NCBI GenBank assembly: GCA_965217775.1
Contig: CBDCJH010000002.1
Coordinates: 5,664,001 to 5,728,000 of the forward strand
Source of the DNA: Acidobacteriota bacterium
Lineage (GTDB): Bacteria > Acidobacteriota > UBA6911 > RPQK01 > JAJDTT01
DNA length: 64,000 nucleotides
Direction: 5' to 3'
Shown here: positions 54,920-64,000 of the stretch, piece by piece
How the letters are laid out: each line of letters opens with the position of its first letter
Numbering within the stretch: the first letter of the stretch is position 1
Program-made: the position numbers and the translations under genes
Notes under the pieces: generated by a model
What the model was told of the DNA's origin: nothing
The model's input: the letters and a program-made list of their open reading frames with translations, nothing else
Databases searched by the model: none

Positions 54920-56257
54920 TTATCGAAGATCCGACGCAAGGGAGGCCAGCGTCTCATCCGCGGCTTGCAACGTCTTCCCGACATCGGCACCGGAGTGGGC
55001 GGCCGAGACGAAGTTGGCTTCGAACTGGGAGGGCGCCGTGTAGATGCCGCGATCCAGCATCCCGCGGAAAAAGGCGGCGAAACGCTGGAGGTCGCAGGCC
55101 TTGGCCTCGGCGAATCCGGTGACCGGACCCTCGCGGTGAAACGGCGTGAACATGGAGCCGCAACGCTGGACCTGTAGGGGGATCGAATGGCGGGCCGCCG
55201 CCTCTCGCAATCCCCGGCAGAGCTTGGATGCCCTTTCCTCCATGGCGCCGTAGGGGCGGTCTCGTTCAAGGATTTCCAGCGTCTTCAGGCCGGCGGCCAC
55301 GGCAATGGGGTTCCCGGAAAGAGTCCCAGCCTGGTAGACGGAGCCTTGGGGAGCCATCAGGTCCATGATCTCCTTGCGCCCTCCGTAGGCGCCGATGGGC
55401 AGTCCTCCTCCCACCACCTTGCCCAAGCAGGTCATGGGAGCCGTCAGCGAGAATCGTTCCTGAGCCCCTCCCAGCGCCACCCGGAACCCGGTGATCACTT
55501 CATCGAAAATGACCACGGCGCCGTGAGCTTCGCCCAACTCCAACACGCCATTCAGAAATCCCTCGTGGGGGAGCAGTACTCCCATGTTGGCGGGCACCGG
55601 CTCCAGAATGACGGCCGCGATCTGATCGGGATAGGCGCCGAAGGCGTCTTCCAGCCGGTCGAGATCGTTGAAGGGAAGGGTCAGCGTCTCCTGGGCAAAG
55701 CCCTTGGGGACGCCGGGGCTGTCGGCCAACCCCAGGGTCAGGACTCCCGATCCGGCCTGGACCAGCAGGCCGTCGGAATGTCCGTGGTAACAGCCGTCGA
55801 ATTTCACCACCAGGGAACGGCCGGTATAGGCTCGGGCCAGCCGCAACGCGGTCATAGTGGCTTCGGTGCCGGAGTTGACCAGTCTCACCTTCTCGATGGA
55901 GGGAAACAGATCGCAGATCTTCTCGGCCAGGAGCACCTCTCCCTCGGTGGGAGCGCCGTAACTGGTTCCCCGCTGAGCGGCTTCGGTCACCGCCTGGACG
56001 ACTTCGGGACGCGCATGCCCCAGGATCAGGGGACCCCAGGAACCCAGATAGTCCACGTAGCGGTTGCCGTCCACGTCCACCACCTGGGATCCGTGGCCCG
56101 AACGCAGGAAGGGAGGACTTCCCCCCACGGCCTTGAAGGCCCGCACCGGACTGTTGACGCCGCCCGGCATGACCTGCCGGGCCCGATCCATCAAGGCAGT
56201 GCTTTCGGCGTTGGCCTGGAGCCTGCCCGCTTCCGACGAGTCGTTCCGGTAATTCAA
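54920..56257 (-). CDS. hemL: Glutamate-1-semialdehyde 2,1-aminomutase
   Basis: MPGGVNSPVRAF; VNSGTEATM; FDGCYHGH; FDEVITGFR; LGKVVGGGLP; YQAGTLSGNP; start uncertain (TTG at 56257). Confidence 0.95.
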   Translation of the reverse strand: MNYRNDSSEAGRLQANAESTALMDRARQVMPGGVNSPVRAFKAVGGSPPFLRSGHGSQVVDVDGNRYVDYLGSWGPLILGHARPEVVQAVTEAAQRGTSYGAPTEGEVLLAEKICDLFPSIEKVRLVNSGTEATMTALRLARAYTGRSLVVKFDGCYHGHSDGLLVQAGSGVLTLGLADSPGVPKGFAQETLTLPFNDLDRLEDAFGAYPDQIAAVILEPVPANMGVLLPHEGFLNGVLELGEAHGAVVIFDEVITGFRVALGGAQERFSLTAPMTCLGKVVGGGLPIGAYGGRKEIMDLMAPQGSVYQAGTLSGNPIAVAAGLKTLEILERDRPYGAMEERASKLCRGLREAAARHSIPLQVQRCGSMFTPFHREGPVTGFAEAKACDLQRFAAFFRGMLDRGIYTAPSQFEANFVSAAHSGADVGKTLQAADETLASLASDLR

Positions 56258-56277
56258 GGAGTTCTCCCTGGTTTCTA

Positions 56278-57276
56278 CTATTCGTTCCAATCGCCGCGCC
56301 GGATCCTCTCGGCCACCTCGCACGCAAAATAGGTCAGCAGGATGTCGGCCCCGGCCCGGCGGATCGAAAGCAACGTTTCCCTCACGGTCTGATCCCGGTT
56401 CAGCCAACCCTGGGCGAAGGCCGCGCAGAGCGCGCTGTACTCCCCACTTACCTGATATGCCGCCACCGGGACTTCGGACATCCGGCGGATGCGGTGGATG
56501 ATGTCCAGGTAGGGCAGGGCCGGTTTCACCATCACCATGTCGGCCCCTTCCTCCAGGTCCAGGCGGACCTCCCGAACGGCCTCGCGGGCATTTGCCGGAT
56601 CCATCTGGTAGCTCTTTCGATCGCCGAAACTGGGGGCCGACTCGGCCGCTTCCCGAAAAGGCCCGTAGTAGGCGGAGGCGTACTTGGCCGCGTACGAGAG
56701 GATCGCCGTATCCTGGAAACCCTCCGCGTCGAGGGAGCTGCGGATGGCCGCCACCCTTCCGTCCATCATGTCCGACGGAGCCACCACGTGGGCGCCCGCC
56801 CGGGCATAGGCCAGGGCCTCTTTGGAGAGCAGCTCGAGAGTGCCGTCGTTGTCGACGCGGGGCGGATCGTCCAGCAGGCGGCCGCAGTGTCCGTGGTCGG
56901 TGTACTCGCAGAGGCAGACGTCCGCGATCAGCAGCAGGTCCGCCACTTTTTCCCTGGCTTTCCGGAGCGCCCGGCAGATGAGCCCGTCCTCCCGGTATCC
57001 CGCGGTTCCCAGTGCGTCCTTCTCCGACGGGTCCGGGACTCCGAAGAGCATCACTCCGGCGATCTCCAACTCCCGGACACGTTCCAACTCCTGGACCAGA
57101 AGGTCTACCGAGTACCGGAACTGGCCCGGCATGGACGGGATCTCCTCCCGGACGCCCCGTCCCTCGCGAACGAACATGGGATAGATCATCTGTCCCGGCT
57201 CGAGGCGGGTCTCCCGGACCATGCGGCGCAGTCGGGGACTGGTTCGAAGGCGGCGGGGGCGGATGGTGATTGCCAT
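56278..57276 (-). CDS. hemB: Porphobilinogen synthase
   Basis: RPRRLR; DVCLCEYTDHGHC; APSDMMDGR; YYGPFREAA; MVKPA; AYQVSGEY. Confidence 0.96.
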   Translation of the reverse strand: MAITIRPRRLRTSPRLRRMVRETRLEPGQMIYPMFVREGRGVREEIPSMPGQFRYSVDLLVQELERVRELEIAGVMLFGVPDPSEKDALGTAGYREDGLICRALRKAREKVADLLLIADVCLCEYTDHGHCGRLLDDPPRVDNDGTLELLSKEALAYARAGAHVVAPSDMMDGRVAAIRSSLDAEGFQDTAILSYAAKYASAYYGPFREAAESAPSFGDRKSYQMDPANAREAVREVRLDLEEGADMVMVKPALPYLDIIHRIRRMSEVPVAAYQVSGEYSALCAAFAQGWLNRDQTVRETLLSIRRAGADILLTYFACEVAERIRRGDWNE

Positions 57277-57318
57277 TGGGAGATCCGGCTTCAACCCGAC
57301 CGGGGGCGGTTTATGAAG

Positions 57319-57391
57319 TGGCGGTGGAGGGACTCGAACCCCCGACTCGGCGGATATGAGCCGCCTGCTCTGACCACTGAGCTACACCGCC
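57319..57391 (-). tRNA. tRNA-Met(CAT), elongator type (Ile2 not excluded)
   Basis: GGCGGTG acceptor stem with paired G1; GGCGG-CTCATAT-CCGCC arm; TTCGAGT; CCA not encoded. Confidence 0.92.
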
Positions 57392-57472
57392 AACGGCGTT
57401 CGAATATAACCGAACGGACGCCGCTACATCAACGCGGCAGCGACGGTCGATTCGGCAATCTGGCGGTCTGGT

Positions 57473-58732
57473 TCAAACGGCGGCCGACGCCACGGTGAGG
57501 GCCTCTTCCCGGGATTCGTACCACTCCCGGAAGACCATGAGGTTCGGGCGCATCACCGTCGCGATCTGGGCGCTCCCCATAAAGATGTCCTGGCTCTTGT
57601 AGCCGTTGCCCGTGATCCCCACCACCACCGATTCGTCGGGCCGGATCCGGTTCTGGCGGAGGAGCTTGATGGTGACCGCCAAAGTGGTCCCTCCGGCCGG
57701 TTCGGTGAAGACGCCCTCGGTCTCGGCCAGAAGACGGATGGCGGCCAGGATTTCCTCATCTTCGGCCATCTCGCCCCAGCCGCCCGATTGGCGAACGTCT
57801 TGCAGCACGTAGGGGCCGTCGGCCGGGTCGCCGATGGCGATGGACTTGGCCACTGTGTTCGGTTTCTCGGGATTGATGTAGTCGAGTCCCTGATGGAGGG
57901 CCCGGATCACGGGCGCGCATCCGGCCGCCTGCGCGCAGTGGATCTTGGTGTGTCCGTCGGCCCAGCCCAGTTGCACCACCTCGTCAAGAGCCTTGACGAC
58001 GCGGGGAAGAAGGGTTCCTCCGGCGGTGGGAAGGACCAGGTGGTCGGGGAGTCGCCAGCCCAACTGTTCCACGATCTCATAACCCAGGGTCTTGGCCCCT
58101 TCGGTGTAGTAGGGCCTGAGGTTCACGTTGACGAACCCCCAGCCGTAGTGGTCGCCGATTTCGGCACAAAGGCGGTTTACGTCGTCGTAGTTGCCCTCCA
58201 GGCCCACGAGTTCGGGCCCATGGATGAGCGACCCGAGGATCTTGCTCGGTTCCGTCGTCGTGGGAATGAAGATAAGGCAGGGAAGACCGGTCCGGGCGCA
58301 GTGGGCCGCCACCGAGTTGCCGAGATTGCCGGTGGATGCACAGGAGAAGACCTCGTATCCCAACTCCCTGCCCCGGCTCACGGCGATGGAGACGACTCGG
58401 TCCTTGTAGGAAAAGCTGGGATGATTGACCGAATCGTCCTTGAGATAGAGCTCCTTCAGGCCCAGCCGGCGGGCCAGCCGATCCGCCCGAATCAGAGGAG
58501 TGAAGCCGGAGTGGAATCCGGTCACCGGCGCTCCGTCCAAGGGCAGCAACTCCCGGTAACGCCATAGATTCGGGGACCGCCCGGCGATCTTGCCGGGGTC
58601 CAGATGGGCCCCGATCTTCTCGTAGTCGTACAGGACCTCCAAGGGACCGAAGCACTCCAGACAGATGTAGCTTCGATCCGCGGGGTAGCGGTGTCCGCAC
58701 TCCTTGCAGCCCAAACCTGTCAAGTAACTCAT
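57473..58732 (-). CDS. thrC: Threonine synthase-like PLP enzyme with N-terminal Zn ribbon
   Basis: CKEC...CLEC; LWRYRELLP; SFSYKDR (PLP Lys); CASTGNL; EGAKT; EPAGG; ITGNGYK. Confidence 0.85.
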   Translation of the reverse strand: MSYLTGLGCKECGHRYPADRSYICLECFGPLEVLYDYEKIGAHLDPGKIAGRSPNLWRYRELLPLDGAPVTGFHSGFTPLIRADRLARRLGLKELYLKDDSVNHPSFSYKDRVVSIAVSRGRELGYEVFSCASTGNLGNSVAAHCARTGLPCLIFIPTTTEPSKILGSLIHGPELVGLEGNYDDVNRLCAEIGDHYGWGFVNVNLRPYYTEGAKTLGYEIVEQLGWRLPDHLVLPTAGGTLLPRVVKALDEVVQLGWADGHTKIHCAQAAGCAPVIRALHQGLDYINPEKPNTVAKSIAIGDPADGPYVLQDVRQSGGWGEMAEDEEILAAIRLLAETEGVFTEPAGGTTLAVTIKLLRQNRIRPDESVVVGITGNGYKSQDIFMGSAQIATVMRPNLMVFREWYESREEALTVASAAV

Positions 58733-58779
58733 CCTGCTTCGCCTTTCCCCTGTCCCGGCCGTTCGGAGGGCCCGACAAT

Positions 58780-58810
58780 AAAAAAAGCCCTTTCCCGCAG
58801 AGAAAGGGCT
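58780..58810 (-). terminator. Intrinsic terminator of the riboswitch expression platform
   Basis: AGCCCTTTCTCTGCGGGAAAGGGCTTTTTTT on the minus strand. Confidence 0.85.
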
Positions 58811-58824
58811 ACCGCGCAACCGGG

Positions 58825-58935
58825 CTTATCTTCCAGACAAGCGGTTAAAACCGTCTGCGGGAATTGGCACCGTACCATTCAAGGGCCGGTTGCCGTGACA
58901 TCCTAGGGCCCGATCCCTCCGTCACTCTGGATAAG
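58825..58935 (-). ncRNA. SAM-I (S-box) riboswitch
   Basis: CTTATCCAGAG...GGAGGGATCGGGCCC...GGCAACC...GGTGCCAATTCC...GGAAGATAAG consensus elements. Confidence 0.93.
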
Positions 58936-59058
58936 GACAAGAAATGAAATAATAGGTCTGCGTCCACTTGATTGTCAAGAGCCGCCGATGGTTCGTGAGG
59001 GGGATGCTGTCTTCCCGGCTGTTCTTGATTCGGGCCTCAGCAGTCTTCGAGCAGCGCA

Positions 59059-60486
59059 ATGGACCTCTTCGTATCGGCAGTCTGGGACACCGTCAAACGG
59101 TATTCGCTGCTGAAGCCGGGTGATTCGGTGCTGTGCGCGGTCTCGGGCGGGCCCGACTCGGTGGCACTGCTCCTGGCCCTCAAGGAATTGAGGCTCGAGT
59201 GGCCGCTTTCGCTCTCGGTCCTCCACGTGAATCACGGCCTTCGAGGAGCCGAATCCGATCGGGATGCGAGCTTCGTAGGTACGCTCTGCCGGGAACTGGA
59301 GATCCCACTCCACGTCCGATCGCGCCGGCTGAAGGTGGGCCCGGGTGAGAATCTTCAAGATCGGGCCCGGAGGGTCCGCTATCGGTCCCTCTTCGAGATC
59401 GCCGCGGCCGGCGGGTCCGTCGTGGCCACCGGGCACAATCTCCAGGATCAGGCCGAGACCCTTCTATTGAAGCTGGCCCGCGGTTCCGGTCCCACGGGTT
59501 TGTCGGGGATCTTCCCGGCGAGGGAGATTTTCCCTCACGGACCGGAAGAGCACCCGGTCCGCATGGTCCGCCCGTTGCTGGAGAGGGACCGGGAAGATAT
59601 TCTGGGCTTCCTCGAGCGCCGGGGGCAGCCTTTCCGGGAGGATTCCAGTAACCGGAACCTTCGATACGATCGCAACTGGGTCCGTCACCACCTGATTCCC
59701 GACATGAGAACCCGTCTGAACCCAGCCCTGATTCCGACCCTGGGACGGTCCGCCCGGCTTTTCCGGGAGGTGGGAGAGTTCCTGGATGCCGAGGGGCGCA
59801 AGGCCTTTGAGTCGTGCCGGGAGACACTGGACCACCGGGCCGGCGAGGTCAGGCTCAAGGTGGAGACACTTCTGGGTCTGGCTCCGGCTCTCAGGAAAGA
59901 GGTCATCCGGCATGCGGTTGGAACCTGCAAGGGCGATCTCCGGGATCTGGGCCTGAACCACGTCGACCAGGTTCTGGACCTGGTCTCCGGACGAAGCGGG
60001 AGGCGGATCCACCTGCCGGGGGAAATCGAGGCCAGCCTCGAATTCGACCACCTGAGACTGGCAAGGCGGGTTCCGCCGGTTCGTTTCAGTCACCGGCTTC
60101 CGGTTCCCGGGGAGGTGGCCATTCCGGAGACGGGCCGGCACGTGGTCTGCCGCCGTCTGACGGCGCCCGCCGGATCTACGGGCCAAGTGCTGCTTCGTTT
60201 TCCAGGATCCAGTCTGACGGTGCGGAACCGTCTGGAGGGGGACCGGTATCCGAGTCCGGGCGGGAAGAAGCTCAAACGGCTCTTCCTGCAGCGCCGCATC
60301 CCCAGGAGCGCCCGCGACACCCTGGTGGTGGTGGAGTACGAAGGCCGCCTGCTCTGGGTGGAGGGTCTTCCCCCGGACCCCCGGGTCCGAGCCTGTCCGG
60401 GCGAGAAGGACGCCGTCCTGATTAACGTGCTTGATGATCCTCATGCCGTGTCGAGGGAACCCGGGAGGAGTCGGCGTCGTCTATAG
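59059..60486 (+). CDS. tilS: tRNA(Ile)-lysidine synthetase
   Basis: AVSGGPDS; HVNHGLRG; ATGHNLQDQAET; RPLL; EDSSN; RNWVRH. Confidence 0.95.
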   Translation: MDLFVSAVWDTVKRYSLLKPGDSVLCAVSGGPDSVALLLALKELRLEWPLSLSVLHVNHGLRGAESDRDASFVGTLCRELEIPLHVRSRRLKVGPGENLQDRARRVRYRSLFEIAAAGGSVVATGHNLQDQAETLLLKLARGSGPTGLSGIFPAREIFPHGPEEHPVRMVRPLLERDREDILGFLERRGQPFREDSSNRNLRYDRNWVRHHLIPDMRTRLNPALIPTLGRSARLFREVGEFLDAEGRKAFESCRETLDHRAGEVRLKVETLLGLAPALRKEVIRHAVGTCKGDLRDLGLNHVDQVLDLVSGRSGRRIHLPGEIEASLEFDHLRLARRVPPVRFSHRLPVPGEVAIPETGRHVVCRRLTAPAGSTGQVLLRFPGSSLTVRNRLEGDRYPSPGGKKLKRLFLQRRIPRSARDTLVVVEYEGRLLWVEGLPPDPRVRACPGEKDAVLINVLDDPHAVSREPGRSRRRL

Positions 60487-60605
60487 AAGAACGCTGCAGG
60501 AACGTTGCGGAACAAGATGAAACAATCGGCGGGCGTGTTCAGACCCGGGACATTTCCCTATAATGGAACGGTGTCTGACATAGTTGCGCCGCTGGAGGTC
60601 CGGTC

Positions 60606-62549
60606 TTGAACACTACCGCAAGGAGCATCTTTCTCTGGGTGGTCGTCATCGTGGCGGTGGTCGCTCTCTGGCAGTTCCTGAGCAAGGTCAAGAGCGGCGA
60701 CGTGGACTCGCTCAATTATTCGGAGTTCACGCAAATGCTCGCCGAAGGCGAAATTGAGCAGATCACCATGACCGGCAACAAGGTCGAGGGGGAGTATCTT
60801 TCCCCCGGATCCGAAACACGCCGATCCTTCCGGGTCATCATTCCCAAAGGCTCGGAAGAGACCATCGCCAACCAACTGGACTCGAAAGGGGTCGTGGTCG
60901 AGGTCAACGAGAGCGATCAGAGTTCATGGATCTACGTGATCTTGACTTCCTGGTTTCCCATCATCCTTTTTCTGGCCTTCTGGATCTTCCTGATGCGTCA
61001 GATGCAGAGCGGCGGGAACAAGGCCCTGTCATTCGGCAAGAGCCGCGCCCGTCTTTCCACCAGCAAACAGAAAAAGGTGACCTTCAAGGACGTGGCCGGC
61101 GTGGAAGAAGCCAAGGAGGAACTTGAGGAGATCATCGACTTTCTCAAGGAGCCCCAGAAATTCCAGAAGTTGGGGGGGCGAATCCCCAAAGGCGTGCTCC
61201 TGATGGGACCTCCGGGAACGGGCAAGACCCTGCTGGCACGGGCTATCTCCGGCGAAGCCAATGTACCCTTCTTCAGCATCAGCGGTTCCGATTTCGTCGA
61301 GATGTTCGTGGGCGTGGGAGCGAGCCGGGTTCGGGACCTCTTCGAACAGGGGAAGAAGAACGCGCCTTGCATCGTCTTCATCGATGAGATCGACGCCGTG
61401 GGCCGCCACCGCGGCGCCGGTCTGGGCGGCGGGCACGACGAGCGGGAGCAGACCCTGAACCAGCTCCTGGTGGAGATGGACGGATTCGAGTCCAATGAAG
61501 GCGTCATTCTGATAGCGGCCACGAACCGCCCGGATGTGCTGGACCCGGCCCTGTTGCGTCCGGGGAGATTCGACCGGCAGGTGGTGGTCACGCTGCCGGA
61601 CATCAAGGGCCGTGACGCGATTCTCAAGGTCCATATCCGGAAAACCCCTCTGGCCGAGGACGTGGACCTCTCGGTGCTGGCCCGGGGAACCCCCGGGTTC
61701 TCGGGCGCTCAGTTGGCCAACTTGGTCAACGAGGCAGCTCTCAACGCGGCGCGATACGACCGCAAGGCCGTCAACATGGAGGACTTCGAGCAGGCCAAGG
61801 ACAAGGTGCTCATGGGCAAGGAGCGCAAGTCCATGATCATGAACGAGACGGAGAAGCGCAGTACCGCCTACCACGAGGCTGGACATGCCCTCGTGGCCTT
61901 CAAGCTGCCCGAGGCCGATCCTCTGCACAAGGTCACCATCATTCCTCGTGGACGCGCTCTCGGCGTCACCATGCAGTTGCCCGAGGAGGACAAGTACAAC
62001 TACACCAAGGAATACATGGAGTCCTCCATCACCATTCTCATGGGTGGACGGGTGGCGGAGCAGATCTTCCTGGGAAGTCGCACTACTGGAGCATCCAACG
62101 ACCTGGAGCGATCCACCGACCTGGCCCGCAAGATGGTGTGCGAGTGGGGCATGAGCGAGGCGATGGGACCGCTCACCTACGGCAAGAAGGAAGAGCAGAT
62201 CTTCCTGGGCCGGGAAATCGCACAACACCAGGACTACAGCGAACAGACCGCCGTCAAGATCGACAGGGAGGTCGAGCGGCTGGTTCTGCACAGCTACGAC
62301 CGGGCCACGGAGATCCTGGAGGCCAATCGGACGCCGTTGATCCGGTTGGCGGAGACGCTGTTGGAGTTCGAGACCCTCGACGGGGACGAAGTCGAGGCCG
62401 TGATCCAGGGTCGGAAAATCCGGATTCCCGCGCGGAAACCCGCACCACCGGCCCAGGATGAGGCGCAGGAGCCTGCCGAGCCGCAAGAGAATGTCGCTTC
62501 TTCCCTGCCTCCCCTGGTGAAGCCGGAAGAGCGTCCGGCGCCGGCCTGA
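60606..62549 (+). CDS. ftsH: ATP-dependent zinc metalloprotease FtsH
   Basis: 2 TM helices; GPPGTGKT; [10 protein letters not shown]; [20 protein letters not shown]; HEAGH. Confidence 0.98.
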   Translation: MNTTARSIFLWVVVIVAVVALWQFLSKVKSGDVDSLNYSEFTQMLAEGEIEQITMTGNKVEGEYLSPGSETRRSFRVIIPKGSEETIANQLDSKGVVVEVNESDQSSWIYVILTSWFPIILFLAFWIFLMRQMQSGGNKALSFGKSRARLSTSKQKKVTFKDVAGVEEAKEELEEIIDFLKEPQKFQKLGGRIPKGVLLMGPPGTGKTLLARAISGEANVPFFSISGSDFVEMFVGVGASRVRDLFEQGKKNAPCIVFIDEIDAVGRHRGAGLGGGHDEREQTLNQLLVEMDGFESNEGVILIAATNRPDVLDPALLRPGRFDRQVVVTLPDIKGRDAILKVHIRKTPLAEDVDLSVLARGTPGFSGAQLANLVNEAALNAARYDRKAVNMEDFEQAKDKVLMGKERKSMIMNETEKRSTAYHEAGHALVAFKLPEADPLHKVTIIPRGRALGVTMQLPEEDKYNYTKEYMESSITILMGGRVAEQIFLGSRTTGASNDLERSTDLARKMVCEWGMSEAMGPLTYGKKEEQIFLGREIAQHQDYSEQTAVKIDREVERLVLHSYDRATEILEANRTPLIRLAETLLEFETLDGDEVEAVIQGRKIRIPARKPAPPAQDEAQEPAEPQENVASSLPPLVKPEERPAPA

Positions 62550-62641
62550 TTCCTTCCATCTGCTGCCGGCGAGGCCAGGATGGAGGCTGGTGGGAGCGCC
62601 GGTTCTTGTCTCCAGCGGGCGCCATCCCCATTCTTCGTTCC

Positions 62642-63535
62642 ATGCAGGACACCCACCCAGGAAGCGCACTCGGAGACGGCCGGAAAAGCTTCACCCTGCG
62701 AGCCCGGGACAGGAGTCTGGAGTTGGGTCCGGTCACCCGGACCATGGCGGTGGTCAACATCACTCCCGACTCCTTCTCCGACGGCGGCAAGTTCCTCGAT
62801 CCGAACCAAGCCGTGGACCGTTGTCTGGAGCTGGCGGCCCAGGGCGCCGACATCCTGGACGTCGGGGGCGAGTCCACTCGTCCGGGCGTGTCTCCGATCT
62901 CGACAGAGGAAGAGTTGGACCGAGTGCTGCCGGTCTTGGAGGGAATCCGAGGCCGGACCTCCTGCCTCGTCTCCGTCGACACCTACAAGTCGCAAGTGGC
63001 TCGGGCGGCCCTGGACGCAGGCGCCCATATCGTCAACAACGTCGGTGCGCTGCAATTGGACGCGGATGTGGCGGAGATTGCTGGAAGGGCCGGCGCCGCT
63101 ATCGTGCTCATGCACATGCGGGGAACACCGCGAACCATGCAGGCCCTGCCCCCCAGCCGGGACATTCTGACGGAGATCGAACAGGGCTTGACCCGGGCCG
63201 TGGACCTTTGCGGCAGCCACGGAATTGCACGTGATAGAATCGTTCTCGACCCCGGAATCGGGTTTGGCAAAACAGTAGAAGACAATCTCAAGGTCCTGAA
63301 TCGGTTATCGCGGTTGGGCAGGCTCCGGTTTCCGATTCTGGTGGGCACGTCCCGAAAGAGCTTTCTCGGCAAAATCCTCGACCTCCCGGTGCAGGAGAGG
63401 CTGTTGGCTACGGCGGCTTCGGTGGTCATGGCGGTGGTCAGAGGAGCCCACATCGTGAGGGTCCACGATCTTAATGAAATGGTCCACGCGCTCCGTATAG
63501 CCGACTCGATTCTGGGCGAAAGGAGAATCAGCTGA
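62642..63535 (+). CDS. folP: Dihydropteroate synthase
   Basis: VNITPDSFSDGG; GGESTRPG; SVDTYK; DPGIGFGK; GTSRKSF; VRVHD; start uncertain. Confidence 0.95.
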   Translation: MQDTHPGSALGDGRKSFTLRARDRSLELGPVTRTMAVVNITPDSFSDGGKFLDPNQAVDRCLELAAQGADILDVGGESTRPGVSPISTEEELDRVLPVLEGIRGRTSCLVSVDTYKSQVARAALDAGAHIVNNVGALQLDADVAEIAGRAGAAIVLMHMRGTPRTMQALPPSRDILTEIEQGLTRAVDLCGSHGIARDRIVLDPGIGFGKTVEDNLKVLNRLSRLGRLRFPILVGTSRKSFLGKILDLPVQERLLATAASVVMAVVRGAHIVRVHDLNEMVHALRIADSILGERRIS

Positions 63536-63536
63536 G

Positions 63537-64000
63537 GTGGACGCATTTTCCGGTCTTTTCGATCTTGGTGTCCGGGATCTGCTCGACATCCTGGTGGTGG
63601 CCGTCCTCATCTACCACATCCTGCTTCTGTTCAAAGGCACCCGCGGCCTGCAGATCACGTTGGGAGTCATGGGACTTCTGGTGGTCTATTATCTGGCCCG
63701 GAGTCTGGAACTCCAGATGGTGGAGACCCTGTTCTCCAACTTCTTCATCAACTTCATCCTGGCCGCCATCATCATCTATCAGAGGGAGATTCGCCGGGGA
63801 CTGGCGGCTTTGGGCCGAGGAAGGTTTTTCCTTCCCTTGTTCACGTCGGCCGAGCGGGTCAACTTGAACGGATTGGTAGCGACGGCGGCCCACTTGTCCC
63901 GGGAAAAAACCGGAGCATTGATCGTCATGGAGCGGGAAATAGGCCTCCGCAACTACATCGAGACGGGAATCAAGCTGGATGCCCTGCTCGGAAATGACCT
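63537..64000 (+). CDS. cdaA: Diadenylate cyclase CdaA (partial, runs off the window)
   Basis: Not in the ORF track; GTG at 63537 gives DLLDILVVAVLIY..LLLFKGTRGLQ...IIYQREIRRGL...GALIVMERE..LRNYIETG; usual folP-cdaA synteny. Confidence 0.85.
   Translation, partial: MDAFSGLFDLGVRDLLDILVVAVLIYHILLLFKGTRGLQITLGVMGLLVVYYLARSLELQMVETLFSNFFINFILAAIIIYQREIRRGLAALGRGRFFLPLFTSAERVNLNGLVATAAHLSREKTGALIVMEREIGLRNYIETGIKLDALLGND

Noticed and set aside
59059-64000. tilS-ftsH-folP-cdaA cluster lacking hpt
   Set aside because: Common housekeeping synteny; absence of hpt is ordinary variation

Overview
GC-rich chromosomal window, probably from an Acidobacteriota-like diderm bacterium (inferred from Oar-type TonB-dependent receptors, a GWxTD protein, DUF1549/DUF1553/DUF1501 clusters and a MoxR-DUF58-BatA operon). 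Left: two divergent DUF1549/1553-DUF1501 clusters separated by an amidohydrolase and a 3.2-kb IS481 element. That element is inserted into a REP palindrome and carries decayed IS21 DNA with two perfect palindromes. Centre (16-36 kb), the most unusual part: a secreted C39 peptidase and a TPR/Omp85-like barrel gene face three tandem copies of a [TonB-dependent receptor + PA2779-like small secreted protein with an AG-hydrophobic tail] cassette. The receptors are mosaics of each other, the units are bounded by REP-like repeats, and a GWxTD gene, tRNA-Leu, a broken fitAB and cinA are adjacent. Right: an 8-gene MoxR/vWA/DUF4159/TPR-peptidase operon followed by a sialidase-like gene, carD, a patch of gene fragments with a short bamD-like gene, hemL-hemB, tRNA-Met, a SAM-I riboswitch-controlled thrC-like gene and tilS-ftsH-folP-cdaA. 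All family calls come from motif recognition by eye; no searches were run.
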